From positions 1 to 41,278 of the forward strand of contig CAJNOJ010000059.1 in NCBI GenBank assembly GCA_905250025.1: DNA of 41,278 nt, read 5' to 3'. This stretch comes from Adineta ricciae (Eukaryota). A model generated the notes under the pieces. The model was not told the origin of the DNA and did not search any database. It worked only from the letters and a program-made list of their open reading frames with translations. This document shows positions 1-13,300 of this stretch, in pieces; position 1 is the first letter of the stretch; the number at the start of each line of letters is the position of its first letter. The position numbers and the translations under genes were made by a program.

Positions 1-690
1 AAATTGAAAAAAGTAATCATCGTCTATCGGAAGAAAACTCCTTAATCGTTTTTCTCTTTTATCTTTACCTGAAGTATTGATTCCATTTTGTGCTTGTTTC
101 TTTTCTATTGATACTAAACTCCAAAGAAGAAGTAATCCATTCAATCCGAACAATTACCTCCGAGATAATACATTCGTTAATCAAAGAACTGAATTATTTA
201 GAATAAGAATACGTCATGAAATAGATTTTGAACAACATCTTAACCAACGTACATCTTCCCTATAATCTTGTCGGCAGTGTCTCGCGCTCCTGTTATTCTG
301 TTTTTATATAGTGTAATTCGCAATTAGATCTAAAGATAGACCAAAGGTACCTCGCGACTATCATACGCGATACTCGTGATCCCAAGTCGAATATCGGAAG
401 GGTGAAACTGAAGGGGACGATGGGTGTACGAGATGAAATAGATTTTACCTTTAATGCACGTTTTGATTGAATGTATGAAGTATTTGGTTGCTTCTTCGAG
501 CAACCAGTGATGATTATTACTAGACACAGAGAAAAAGAAGTTGCTTTTTCATCTTTTTATAGCAATTATTGAGCCCTGCAGTACATTATAATTATTTTTA
601 GTTATTGTATACCATATGCAGTCAAAATAGAATTCGTCTTTCAATTATCAATTATTTAAATGATTAGGAAAAGAAGGAGGCGTTCGCGCC

Positions 691-713
691 CGCACACACA
701 CATATATATATAT
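691..713. repeat. Short dinucleotide microsatellite (CA)n followed by (TA)n, preceded by a GC-rich cgcgcccg
   Basis: Seen directly: cgcacacacacatatatatatatt in an otherwise AT-rich noncoding stretch. Confidence 0.6.
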
Positions 714-1295
714 TATCTACTCCTTGGAAAACATATGGATGCTAGATCTTTCCCAACAAATAAAAACTACAGGAAAAACATTATTATTAGAAGTCTATAA
801 AATTTGAATGAGCTGAAACAGTGCAAGCTCTCGTAAACAAAGGTAGTCAAATTGATGGTGTACGTCTCTCTTATTACTTATTTATCTATCGATGAAATTG
901 AACTTCATATCAATTCTTCACTATGACTAATAGATATCGTTCCTTTTTTTTTGGAAAGTACAACCAATATTTTATCAATCATATCAGCAAAGAGAGTGCT
1001 TGAGATAATATCCATCTTAAACAGATGAGCAGAATACGCTGGTGTGAGTTTTTACCGGTTGGACTCTCTTTCATCTGTTGGTGAATAATTACGTTTTGTG
1101 CTCACGCGAAGGAGACGAATATTACTATGTTTTCCACAAATGTAATTCTAGTCGACTTGAAGCGATGCAAAACAACAATAACTCTTCATTTTCTGGTGTG
1201 ATATCACAGTAGATAATTAAAATCAAATCAAATCTTACTACAAAAGGCAGATTCTGCTCCTCTCCGTTACTGGATTAGAATATAAACTGACGCAA

Positions 1296-1511
1296 TTACA
1301 GTTCCTTCTTGGTTAAATTGATCCTCTTTGTATACTTTCCAATGTACCCGAACATATCGTTAGTTTCCATTTCAATTCTACTGGGAATATCATAATTTAT
1401 ATCGAATTTGTCTTCACGCGAGTGTAAGATGAAACCGATGATAGATGTCACTAGTTCACAAATTGCTAAAATCACAACAATTTCCATGGTGGATGTCGAA
1501 GGAATTTGCAT
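1296..1511 (-). CDS. Small hypothetical single-pass membrane protein (71 aa ORF; function unknown)
   Basis: Intact ORF MQIPSTSTMEIVVILAICELVTSIIGFILHSREDK... with one hydrophobic helix. A pyrimidine-rich ...actag sits just upstream of the ATG. There is no recognisable family motif, so this could be a spurious ORF. Confidence 0.2.
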   Translation of the reverse strand: MQIPSTSTMEIVVILAICELVTSIIGFILHSREDKFDINYDIPSRIEMETNDMFGYIGKYTKRINLTKKEL

Positions 1512-2776
1512 AAACTAGTCTGAACAATCGATGTCTTGATGATAACGAGAGTCTCGTCAAGAAGGTATATTTGACACAAATGAAACAAAGACTCGTATTT
1601 TCATTGGTTCTCTCGGTCTTTGTCCGTTCTTTCTTTTAGTGGTTAAAGAAAAATGAAACCAACAAAATTGACTTGCACTTACTGACTCGTAAAAAACAAG
1701 CTAAATAGACCAATTTTCAATCCTCCTGGAGCGATCTGAGGTTTGTATCAACTACTCCAAATCTGACAGTTCTCGAATATCCTGCTTTCTCCGCCAATGT
1801 TTTGCAATTCTTTGCACGTCTTTGTTTTTCATTCTATCTTATCTCTTGGCATCTCTTCATACTCCTCTCTCATTCTTCCTGTAAGTCAGAATAGTTGACA
1901 AGTCGTTCAGTAGAATATGCAAATGAGTAATTTCACTCAAGTTGAGAAACATCAATAACGCAATATGTGATCGTTTATTCATAGGTGTTTAACAGCTAAT
2001 GGACGAGAAAATTACAGATCGTATTCGAGCGTTTAATTTTAACTGCCTTCCCCTTTCTCCCTGTAAAACGTGTGATAATATTTGAAAAAGTACAAGTATA
2101 TCGCATTAGATCCGTTTCGATACGCTTCTCAAATCACCTTGATCGCCGTCAATTTCAATCAAACTGTTCCGCTTTTTTCATTTGCTTGTTAGTATTTAAT
2201 GTCATTAGTGAAGCCGCATGATGTCCTTCTGAAAACGAAGTGGAGTTCACATGTCTTACATTCTTTTCACCCATATAACGCTGCTTTTATCGTTCCATCC
2301 AATGATTTATTGTACATTATCATAAAATATTATTTACTACACGCCAAGGATGATTTGAAGTTTTCTATCTCAACAAAGATAATTAAGTTGACTTGATGAT
2401 TTTGAATCGTTTCTTTCTTTTTTTTCTCTTTCTTTTTCCTTTCATTCTTCAGCTTAGTGTCTGCCTGTTCGTACGTATGTATGTCTGTTTATTCTCTTGC
2501 GAGCATTCTTTGGGTGACCAGTGATACATAGAAAGATGGTCATGTAGAAAAGAGAGTGATTTTCGTTCTTTTCCGTCTGCTTGTTCTCTGGCGTGTCGCG
2601 AGCATAGCGGTCGTTCTTTGTCTATAGCGTTCACCGATGCTAACACATTACTATGTATGTGAACAGAAAAAGGAAATGGCAGAGAAAGAAGTTCAATGTC
2701 AGACGTGAAATTTTTTGTTTTTTTTTAGATTTGTTTTTTTTTTTAAAAATTAAGTACAGTTAGAACTAATTCTATA

Positions 2777-5355
2777 ATGACCGACACACTAATTGACGAT
2801 GAAACTGTCGATGTTCGAACGTCTTCACAAAGACCAGGAACAACGACGACTAGTTCTCAAATAACAACGACTACACGTCGACCAATGTATATCGAAACTG
2901 AAGTACGTACTGATACGGTAACAACACGCCGAATGGCATCGGCTGCTGCTAATCGAAGTTCTCAAGATGTGCTTGAGAGTACCAAATCCCCTATTCCGTA
3001 TGTATTTTTTTGCCAACTAAACTTCGTTTATTCAAGTGTTATTGTTTTAATTCCAGTGATCGACAATCGACAAACTATTCTTACGCTCAGAGGTGTGTAT
3101 TTAATCCTATGTTTCGGTTTAGAAATATTGCCTTAAGACAGAGATGACCCCAGTTTTGCACCTAACGGTACGATAGTTATTGAAAGTGATGCGAATCTTA
3201 AAGAACAGCGTCTTAGCAATTAATTCGTAAACAATGAGCTTTAAATTGAATCTTTGCAAGCCATAAAAATAATAGCTCGAGGATAAATGTATGAAATCAT
3301 TGAACTATCGTTTATCATCATATGTTCTTTAGCAATTCATATGCACCTGGGTCACGGTCTACTGCATATGACAATACTGTGACAGCTCGACGAAGTGTAC
3401 ATGGTGGCTATCAAAATGGTACGGAATCGAATGTTGCATCAGCGTTCTCGTCACCATCGCAATTCCTGTCAACGGTTCGAACGCAATTGGCGAACGGCTA
3501 TGACGCTCTCCGTGATCGTATAACACAATTTACTGGTAATCACGGTTTAGGACCCAATTCACTGTCACGTTCGGGTGGTGGTTCACGAAGCACGCGTACG
3601 TCATCTCAATCATCGGCAACAGGTGGTCGATCGAAAGGTTACAATTTGCGTTCAAGACCGGTTCATTCAACTCCACGCGACAATGATAGCGATCAAGGAA
3701 GTCAACGTAAAACAACGATTAAGCATCGTAAAGATCAGCAAGGCGAAATTGACGAAGAAGAAGATGATGATGGTGATGAAGAACACAAAGAGCCCCAAGA
3801 TTTTGTACGTAAAGTCATTCATTATGTGAAACGAGCTGTTCGTTCACCCCTTGACGTTTTCGATGCTGTTTGGAATAAGCTCAAAGCTTTACCATGGTGG
3901 GTGCTTATTCCAATTTTACTTCTTCTTGGTCTTTGGGCTCGTAAGTTCAGTTTTATCTTTAAATAGCTTCGAATATATCGTTCGTTCTCGTTATTTTAGT
4001 ACCTCCTTTCGTTTGTAAACCGTTCCAACATCTTCTCCATCCAAAAGTCAATGAAATATGTCGAGATACCCACCGATATACTAAGGATATAAGTGGTAAT
4101 GCTTATGATTTCACTCGCCGTCATACTTATGAACGTGGTGTTCGTAATCTGAAACAAGTTTACAACTCAGCTCAAGATGTTAAAAATTCAGTATTGAATT
4201 CGTTGAATGACGTTTATTATTCATTGAAACGGTCCTTACGTGGTTCAGTCGGTGGTGTCAAGAGTCGTGTTGCTGATGTAGTTGAAACCACTGCAGAGAA
4301 TGCGAAAGAATATTATGACGCTGGTATTCAAAAAGTAAATAATCTTATCGAAGAACTCAAACAAGAACGAGAAAAAATTCTTGGAGCGTAAGTAATTCGG
4401 ATGAGACAATTGATTTGTTCAATGAAGTTTTCTTCTAGTCGACATACGTTGAAACCTGATGAAGAAAAGGAATTATCAGCGGTACGTTGACTTCTAAGGA
4501 AGAATTGAATGAAGTTATTTAAAGTTTCGATCTTATAGATGATTCGTAAATTGATCGATGAATATGCAGCAGATGAAACAGGTCAAGCTGATTTTGCACT
4601 TGAAGCTAATGGTAAATAAAAATCAGTATGAACGACATGCCGAATAACTTCGTTGTATCGATTTGTAGGTGGCAAAGTTGTTGATACACGTTGCCAAGAA
4701 TATACAGATGAACCGCGACAAAACGTTGTTAAATTTCTTGGTATTCCCATTGTTCACATGTCAAAACAACCTGATATTCTAATCAAAGTATGATTAGTAC
4801 AACGAGTGAATTCTTTTCAAACAAATCTTGTTTAATTCTTTAGCATGGACGTATGCCGGGTCAATGTTTTCCATTCAAAGGTGATCACGGAAGCGTAGTC
4901 ATTCGATTAGCTGTGCCCGTTGTACCAACTGAATTCGTACTTGAACATTTATCGAAAAGTATTTCCATTGTTGGACACATCAATAGTGCGCCGAATAATT
5001 TTACTGTTTATGTATGTGAAAATCAGTCGAAGTTCAATTCATATGAATACTGTATCTTTTTCTACATAGGCTTTAAAAGACAAACATGATAAAGAAGGTA
5101 TTGTTCTTGGTCGATATTATTACGATGCTGAAAATGGTCCAGCTCTTCAAAGATTCAAACCTCAAGTATGCCTTCCTATATTAGAATATATGTGACCAGA
5201 TTTATTCTCTTGAATATCTTTAGATTGCGAATGTGCCTCTTGTCGAATATATTGAAGTTCAAGTGACATCGAATTGGGGCAACCCGAATTACACTTGTTT
5301 ATACCGATTTCGTGTACATGGCGACATGCAAACCGTCGCTCCAACAGCTGCGTAA
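2777..5355 (+). CDS. SUN (Sad1/UNC-84) domain nuclear-envelope protein
   Basis: Nine exons: approx 2777-2997, 3333-3940, 4000-4387, 4439-4481, 4539-4611, 4669-4787, 4844-5011, 5070-5165, 5224-5355. All introns are GT-AG and phases are consistent. The N-terminal half is low-complexity and Ser/Thr-rich, followed by a TM helix (WWVLIPILLLLGLWA). The C-terminal exons encode a canonical SUN domain (ADFALEANGGKVVDTRCQEYT...GQCFPFKGDHGSVVIRLAVPVVPTEFVLEHLSKSISIVGHINSAPNNFTVY...YYDAENGPALQRFKPQ...NWGNPNYTCLYRFRVHGD). Exon 1 and the 335-bp first intron are the least certain part. An alternative start at ATG 3322 gives the same downstream protein. Confidence 0.8.
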
Positions 5356-6496
5356 AAATAACAGCACTATTGCGTTGTTTTTCTTAGAAAAAGACTTTAT
5401 ACCATCATCATGATCATTCATATTGAATCGATTATTTTGATGTTTATGTATTATTAATCTTTGTTCGTTTGTAAAACATTCAAAAAAGTACTTAGTTTGT
5501 TTCTTGTATGATTATGTACTTAGCACAATGCATTAACATTCAAACACGCATATGAAAATCTCTAATCTAGACATTCTTTTTTCTGCTTCTCATTTCGTAT
5601 ATGTGTGCGTCTTGTATTTGTTCAAATCTCGTGGTTTTCATTGTTTTTTTTTGTCTATAACTTGTGTTCATATGTGTGTAATTGTCGGTGTGCTTCCTCT
5701 CTATTTCTCCTCTCGTCGTCTAACATATATTTGAAAATAAAAATCTAGACGTTTTGCAACTAACAGCAAATATATCAATCTCTGGTGTCATTCAACTAGG
5801 AAGAGTTCTTATAATTAGACATCTTGCAAAGACATATTGAGTTTGTCGTCTTTGATGGTATTAGATTGCGTAGAGTGTAATAAATCTTGCTGTAATGTTA
5901 TTACATATGGTTGAAATATTTGATTGATGTTCAGGTGGTAGGTAGATGGATGACAAGCGTGAAAAAGCCTTTGATGATGAATGAGTATTAGGCTGACAAA
6001 TGAATCGTTGTCGGTGAGATTTCGATTGGGTTTGTACGTGTTCTCGTTGGATTTTAACATTTGATTTGTTGAAAACCATCGCAAGGATGAGTGGCGAATG
6101 AATAGATTTATTGCAGGACTTTGTCTCCATTGATGAAATTAGGTTGAGTTGCATCTTTTCTTGAAATTAAGGATATTTCACTAGGGGAATGCAAGTCGAG
6201 TTACTTACAGATTCGTAAAGATTTTCACCACTATATGTAGATAACGTGAAATAAAAACAATTGTGCAAGACTCTCACCGAGGGAGAGAGTAAAATGTAGA
6301 TTATTTTGTCACAATTCTTTTCTTCCTTTCTCTCGTTCTCTATTTTTGCAACGGGGTAAACTTGCACAATGTTTTGAAAAAAACGATTTCACTATTCCAA
6401 ATGCAATTCTTTTCTAAGATTGTCTACAGTTTATAAAAGCTCGTTGTTTTTTGTTCTACATAGATCATTACTGACATATTCACAGTAGTCATCGCG

Positions 6497-9400
6497 ATGA
6501 GTAAAGCAACGAGTAGTACTGAAAACATAATTGGCGCTGGTCCAGTTTATCGTATTCCACCATATCATTATATCCATGTTTTGGATCAGAATACTAATGT
6601 CACACGATTAGAAATTGGTCCGAAAACATTTATTAAACAAGACAATGAAACGGTCATTCTCGGACCGGAAAAAATGATCACAGTTCCGTATGTATTGCTG
6701 TTAAAACATCGGTATGAATATGTTTGATGATGAAATTCGTTTAGACCACGTCACTATTGTGTTGTGGAATCACCAGTGGTACGTGATGATGCAGGAGAAG
6801 TTGTATTCGACGCAAACGGTCAAGCGAAATTGATTCACGCTGATTTGGACATTCGTCTTGCTCGACCTGATCAAGCTCCATTTCCTCTATATCCCGGTGA
6901 AGTTCTTCGACAAGTATAAATTTTGAAGGATGTAATCGATCAGAATAGAAAAACCTGTTTTCTGTTTTTCCTTGCAGCCTGTTACACCATTAAAAGTTGT
7001 TCCAGCTAATTCGGCACTACGACTAAAAGCGGTGCTCGATTTTCGAGACGAAACAACCGAAGAACAACGACGCGCCGGTGATGAATGGCTGTTTGAAGGT
7101 CCAGCCACTTATATTCCTCGCAAAGAGGTCAGCGTCGAAGAACAGATTCGTGCTACTGTTATCGGCTCTAATCAAGCTATTCGGCTTTGTGCGAAAAAAG
7201 AAATAACCGATCGAAATGGCGAACGACGTGTCACCGGGGAAGAATGGCTAGTCAAGAAAACCGGTGCCTATTTACCACTTGCCTATGTATGTTTGAAAAC
7301 GAGTTTTCCTTGTTTCTTTTTATTCATGATTGGCCATTTTTTAGGAAACAGTTGTATCAGTAGAAAATGCTTATGTATTAACTGATAAGAAAGCACTTCA
7401 TCTGCGTGCATTAAAAAGTTTCACCGATAATTTCGGTAAAGAACGTATGAATGGGGAAGAATGGCTTGTCACTCATGATGATACCGAAACGCATATTCTA
7501 AGTGTCTATGAACAGTTAGTTGCTGTTGTCGATGTGGTGACATTGAATTCTCGACAATATTGTGTTATCCTCGATCCAGTCGAAGATGGAAAACCGCAAT
7601 TAGGAAAAAAAGTTCGTGAGAAAAGTTGGACTTCGTTAATCTATGAATTTGTTTCGTTTCAATTAGAAATTAGTCGTTGGTGAAAAATCATTCTTTCTTC
7701 AACCTGGTGAAAAACTCGAGAATGGCATTCAAGATGTGTACATTCTAGGTGAAGATGAAGGTATTATTCTTAAATGTATTGAAGCGTTCGAAGATGAACA
7801 AGCCAAAGCGTCCCGAAATCCAGGCGATCGATGGATGATTCGTGGCCCGACGTAAGACTTCGATTCCTTCTTTGTTCTCCAATCGATATCTATTTGCTTT
7901 CTTTTAGTGAATACATTCCACCTACACAGGTCGAAGTCGTTACACGTCGTAAAGCAATGCCATTAGATGAAAACGAAGGTATCTATGTTCGTGACATTAA
8001 AACTGGCCGCGTACGATCTGTTATTGGTGAAACTTATATGCTAACACAAGACGAAGAACTTTGGCAAAAAGAACTACCTAAACAAGTTGAGGATTTGTTA
8101 ACGCGTGATGCACTAGCCGATCGAAATATTCCAACACGCAGTCAGACATCTGACAAAAATCAGTCTCAACAGACGACCGTATCGAAATCAACGAGTGCCA
8201 AACGCGATAAATCGAAAGTAGTCGTTTATCGTGTTGCACACAATGCCTGTGTTCAAATCTATGATTACAAAGCTAAAAAAGCACGAATCATCTTCGGTCC
8301 TGAACTCGTCATGCTCGGACCTGATGAACAATTTACATTGATTTCTTTGAGCGGTTGTGTTCCAAAGAAACCCAATCAAATTCAAACACTATGTTTACTC
8401 CTCGGACCTGACTTCTTCACCGACGTCATTGTCATTGAAACAGCAGATCATGCACGCTTATCATTACAGCTTTCATATAATTGGCATTTTCAAGTAGTTG
8501 ACAGAGCCGATGCGAAAGAGTCGGACAAATTGTTCTCTGTGCCTGACTTCGTTGGCGATGCAGCTAAGGCAATTGCTTCTCGTATTCGTGGAGCTGTTGC
8601 AGGAACACAATTTGACGACTTTCACAAAAACTCTGCTCAAATTATTCGTGCCGCTGTCTTTGGTTTCGACGCGCACCAGCATGTCCGTGATCAATTCATT
8701 TTCCCACAAAATAATCTTGTTATCACATCCATTGATATCCAAAGTGTTGAACCTGTCGATCAACGAACACGAGATGCTCTTCAAAAGAGTGTTCAACTAG
8801 CCATCGAAGTAGGTAGCTTGAGTATGCTTTATTCGGTGCTCAATTTGAATGATTTAGATTACCACAAATTCACAAGAAGCTGCCGCCAAACATGAAGCTT
8901 CTCGCCGTGAACAAGAAGCGAAAGGTTTATTAGAACGTCAACGTATCAAAGACGAAGCTGACGCAGAAGAAGTTCGAAAACAACTCTTAGAGTTACAAGC
9001 TCTATCAGCTGCTGTCGAATCGACCGGTCAAGCTAAGGCAGAAGCTCAAAGTCGTGCGGAATCCGCGCGTATCGAAGGCGAAGCTGCCGTCGAACAAGGT
9101 AAAAAACGACGCAAATCTCTCATTGATGAATCTACAGTTTACTTTTTACAGCTCGCCTCAAAGCTGAAGCTACTCGAATTGAAGCTGAAGCTGAATTGTT
9201 ACGTTTAAAACTGGCACGTGAAGCTGAAATCAAATTTTTGCACGATCAAAACGAATTAGAAATTACAAAGAAAAGTGAAATGTCAAGAATTGAAACTGAA
9301 AAATTCAAATTACAAGTGGAATCGATCGGTGCAGATACTATTCAATCGATTGCTACATCAGGCCCTGATACTCAGGTTAAACTTTTACAAGCACTCGGCC

Positions 9401-9552
9401 TTCAGTCAATGTTGGTCACTGATGGACATACACCGATTAATCTAATGGGCTTTGGGCAAGGCTTACTAGGTGGTTTAACGGGAAATACGAAGAACAAATC
9501 AAGAACGTCAACAAGCACCTCGAACAACTATTGCATTCGAGAAGATGATTAA
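6497..9552 (+). CDS. MVP: Major vault protein (MVP), paralog 1, about 886 aa
   Basis: Eight exons: approx 6497-6687, 6745-6913, 6978-7286, 7345-7615, 7674-7851, 7908-8808, 8858-9098, 9152-9552. Introns are 49-64 bp. It aligns to MVP along its whole length: [143 protein letters not shown], and the C-terminal cap helix [18 protein letters not shown]. Confidence 0.92.
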
Positions 9553-10365
9553 ATGTCCAATACGATTGCTGCTGAAGCCAAGACAGTATTGCAATCTGCC
9601 CCTTTCTTTGCTCTGTCTCGTTAATGAGTTCATCCTATTCTATGAAATGTAGTATGATTTTTTTGTAAAAGTATATATATAACTAAGTAATAAAACTGAA
9701 AGTACTTCGCCATAATCTGATGCTGCATGAGAAAATATGTACGAGTGTTTACGTTTACCACCACAAGCACAAACGTATCTTGTTAATGTAACAGATTTGC
9801 TTTCGTGCATTCTCTACGCACACTCTGAATTTCTAGGAAAGTTTACAGCATGCCTGACGTACAGAAAAGAATTGGTAAAACGATAGTTAGTAAAATCGTA
9901 TGCAACTAATCCATCGACAGATGGACTGACTAGTGTAATAATTGAAAGATAAATTATTATTCCGAGGCTAAACTTATAAGTACAGTCAAACCTGCCGATA
10001 GTGAACACTAACGGGACTGTTCAAAATGTGTTCACTATCTAGAGGTCTATTTACAGCAAAATCGATCGGGTGGATTGAATCATGCATTCAGAGGGAAGGA
10101 ATTCGCTGTGGAAAGTTTTACTCTAATTACATTTAGTTGTTTTTTAGATTATCTTGTTTACATATCGGTATTCTCGACTGTATGTAGTGCTCGAGAACAA
10201 AAGAATTAATGATTTAATTTGAACTCAGTTTCATAGAATGAGCCGATGGTCGTTTATTCTTCTGAATTGATAAAAGCAAATAGTACATATAGTTTTAAAA
10301 ATTTGACAAATCTCAGTTCTACGCAGTTATATGAAAATTTCAACTCAAAAGATTTTTTCTATTTC

Positions 10366-13300
10366 CTAGGAATTGTTTGATGATCCGATTAGATCCACTG
10401 CCGTATTGAAAAGATTGATTGGACTTCGTCCATCTGTGATCAACGTTGATTTTATACCCAGAGCTTGCAGAAGTTTAACCTAAACGAAGAGCACAGGCAT
10501 TAAACACTAAAAAAGTCAACTCTTTGTCAAAGTCTTACCTGATTATCTGGTCCGCTAGTGGCTATAGCTTGAATCGTTTTTGGTCCAATGGCAGTGACAT
10601 GTTGTTTGAATTCGTCAATTTCAATCTCAGCTAATCGTTTTGTTTTCTCGATTTCTAAATCCGCTGTCTGTTTCGAATAGGATAATTCTAATTCACGTGC
10701 TTGAGTTAATCGTAAAAGTTCAATATCAGCTTCGATTTTTGCTGCTTGAGCACGAAGAGTTGCTAAAAAGACAAGAGATACATTCGATCAAATTCTAGAT
10801 GGAAAGTGAACCAACCTTGTTCGACAGCAGCTTCGCCTTCAATCTTGGCTGCTTCAGCTCGTGATTGAGCTTCGGCACGTGATTGACCAGTAGATTCAAC
10901 AGCCGAGGAGAGTGCTTGCAGTTGTAATAAATGTCGACGTGCTTTCTCAGCTATTTCAAACAAAAAAAAACTATCCATATATACGGAATAGAAAGAAGAA
11001 CTTTATTTACCTTCGGCTTCGTCCGCGATTTTCTGCCGTTCCAAGTGACCTTTCGCTTCTTGTTCGGTTCGTGAGGCCATGTGTCTATAAAAGAAAAATG
11101 TCAACTGTTGCAGTTCCTATTCATATGATTCTGCCTACTTTGCTTGAGCTTCTTGCGAGTTTGTGGTAATCTAAATCATTCAAATTAAACACCAGAACAC
11201 ACTTACTCAAACTACTCACTTCAATAGCTAGTTGGACACTCTTCTGAAGAGCATCTCGTGTTCGTTGATCGACAGGTTCAACACTTTGGATATCAATGGA
11301 GGTAAGAACGAGATTGTTTTGTGGAAATACGAGATGATGGCTGATGCGTTTATCGTCTCCAAAACCAAAGACAGCTGTTCGGATAATCTTGGCAGAATTT
11401 TTATGAAAGTCGTCAAATGAAATACTGGCGACAGCGCCACGAATCTTTGCTGCAACTGCTTTACAAAAATCACCGACAAAGTCAGGTACAGAGAATAGTT
11501 TGGCAGTTTCTTTCTCATTTGCTCTGTCAGCCACTTGAAAATGCCAGTTGTAGGATAATCGAAGTGAAAGACGAGCATGATCACTGGATTCAATAGTTAC
11601 AAAATCACTTGAGAATTCTGGTCCCAATAGTAAACAAATCGCACGAATTTTGTTGGGCACTTTCGGTTTATCGCCAGATAAATTTAATACTGTAAATTGT
11701 TCATCAGGTCCGAGCATGACGAGTTCAGGACCGAAGATGATTCGTGCTTTTTTAGCTTTGTAATCATAGATTTGAACACAGGCATTGTGTGCAACACGAT
11801 AAACGACTACTTTCGATTTATCTCTTGCTGGTACATTTGTTGATGTAGATGATTTATCTTCGAGTGATCGAGGTTCTTGTAGTAGAAGTTGTTCAACTTG
11901 TTTGGGTAAATCTTTTTCCCACAGTTCTTCGTTTTCAGTTAAGAGATAAGTACTGCCTATAACCGAACGAATTTTACCAGTTTTGACATCTCGAACATAG
12001 ATGCCTTCATTGACATCCAGTGGAATTGCTTTTCGACGAAGTACAACAGAAGCTTCAATCGCTGGAATATAATCTTTTGGGCCACGAATCATCCAGCGAT
12101 CTCCAGGACTACGTAAGATTTTCTATTCAATAGAATTTTCCATATAGATTGGAGAAATATCAATGAGGATTGACTTACTTCATCCTCTTTAAATGTTTCA
12201 GTACAACGAAGAATTAAACCTTCATCTTCTTCCAGTACATAAACGTCTTGAATGCCATTTTCTAGTTTCTCACCAGGTTGAAGAAAAAATGATGTTTCTC
12301 CCTACAGACAAAATCCAATATAAATATTGAGCTGTACTCTACACTTTCGATTAATTTACTTTTATGAGTTTTCTTTTTCCTAGTTGTGGTTTGCCATCGG
12401 AGTCAACTGGATTTACAATGATACAATACTGACGTGAATTCAATACTGTAACAGAAACAATACCGACTACCTAAAAACCATCTCCTTAGATATTTTATTA
12501 AACTAAATTCATCTATCTGTACTTCTTCATAAACATCGGGGATGTGTGTTTCGGCATCGGTAACATAGATCAACCATTCTTCTCCGTGAAGACGTTTTCG
12601 TTTGAACGAATCAACGAATGTTCCCAACGCTCGAACATGCAATGCTTTCTACACAAGGATATCAATACATAGATGAACATGAAGTTGTGAATGAAAAATT
12701 ACTTTATCGGTTAAGACGTAAGCCTGAACAATTGAAACAACTTCTTCGTAAGCTAACGGTAAGTAGGAACCATTTGTACGATTAAGCCACTCTTCACCTG
12801 TTCGTCGTTCAATACCATTACGATCAGTCATTTCTTTTTTTGCACGTAAACGAACAGCTTCATTTGGTTTGAGAATAACTGCTTTGATTTGTTCTTCAAC
12901 ACTGACCTCTTTACGTGGAAAGTAGGTTCCTGAAAAACGAATCGGTTTCGAACGATATAATGGTATGAGCTTATTTTCTCTCACCTGGCCCACAAAATAG
13001 AAATTCATCTCCAGCACGTATCTGTTGACCTAGTTCATCAACAAAATCCAATACAGCACGAAGACGTAGTGCACAGTTCGGTTCGATCACTTTTAACGGT
13101 GTTACATTTTGTTTCAGGATCTCACCTGGATAAAGTGGAAAAGGTTCTTGAGCGAAACGTATATCAACATCTGAATGTAATAATTTGATTTGACCATTGG
13201 CATCGGTCATCACTTGACCATCTTTATCACGAACAGCTGGATTTTCGACAACACAATAATGGCGAGGTCTGTCAAAATTCAACAAACGGATTGATTGCGA

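Noticed and set aside
2825-3829. ORFs 2825-3016 (minus), 3530-3715 (minus) and 3575-3829 (plus) overlapping SUN exons
   Set aside because: These are antisense or alternative-frame readings of the low-complexity Ser/Thr/Arg-rich N-terminal exons of the SUN gene. No motif support.
5815-6367. Minus-strand ORFs of 89, 97 and 66 aa between the SUN gene and MVP paralog 1
   Set aside because: Low-complexity and overlapping each other in different frames, with no motifs. More likely 3'UTR or promoter sequence.
8188-8800. ORFs antisense to, or in alternative frames of, MVP paralog 1 (8188-8385 minus, 8473-8796 minus, 8498-8800 plus)
   Set aside because: They lie entirely inside the well-supported MVP exon 6 and have no family motifs. 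Long antisense ORFs are expected by chance in a long exon. Their mirror images appear in paralog 2 (11228-11593, 11232-11420) because the underlying coding sequence is homologous.
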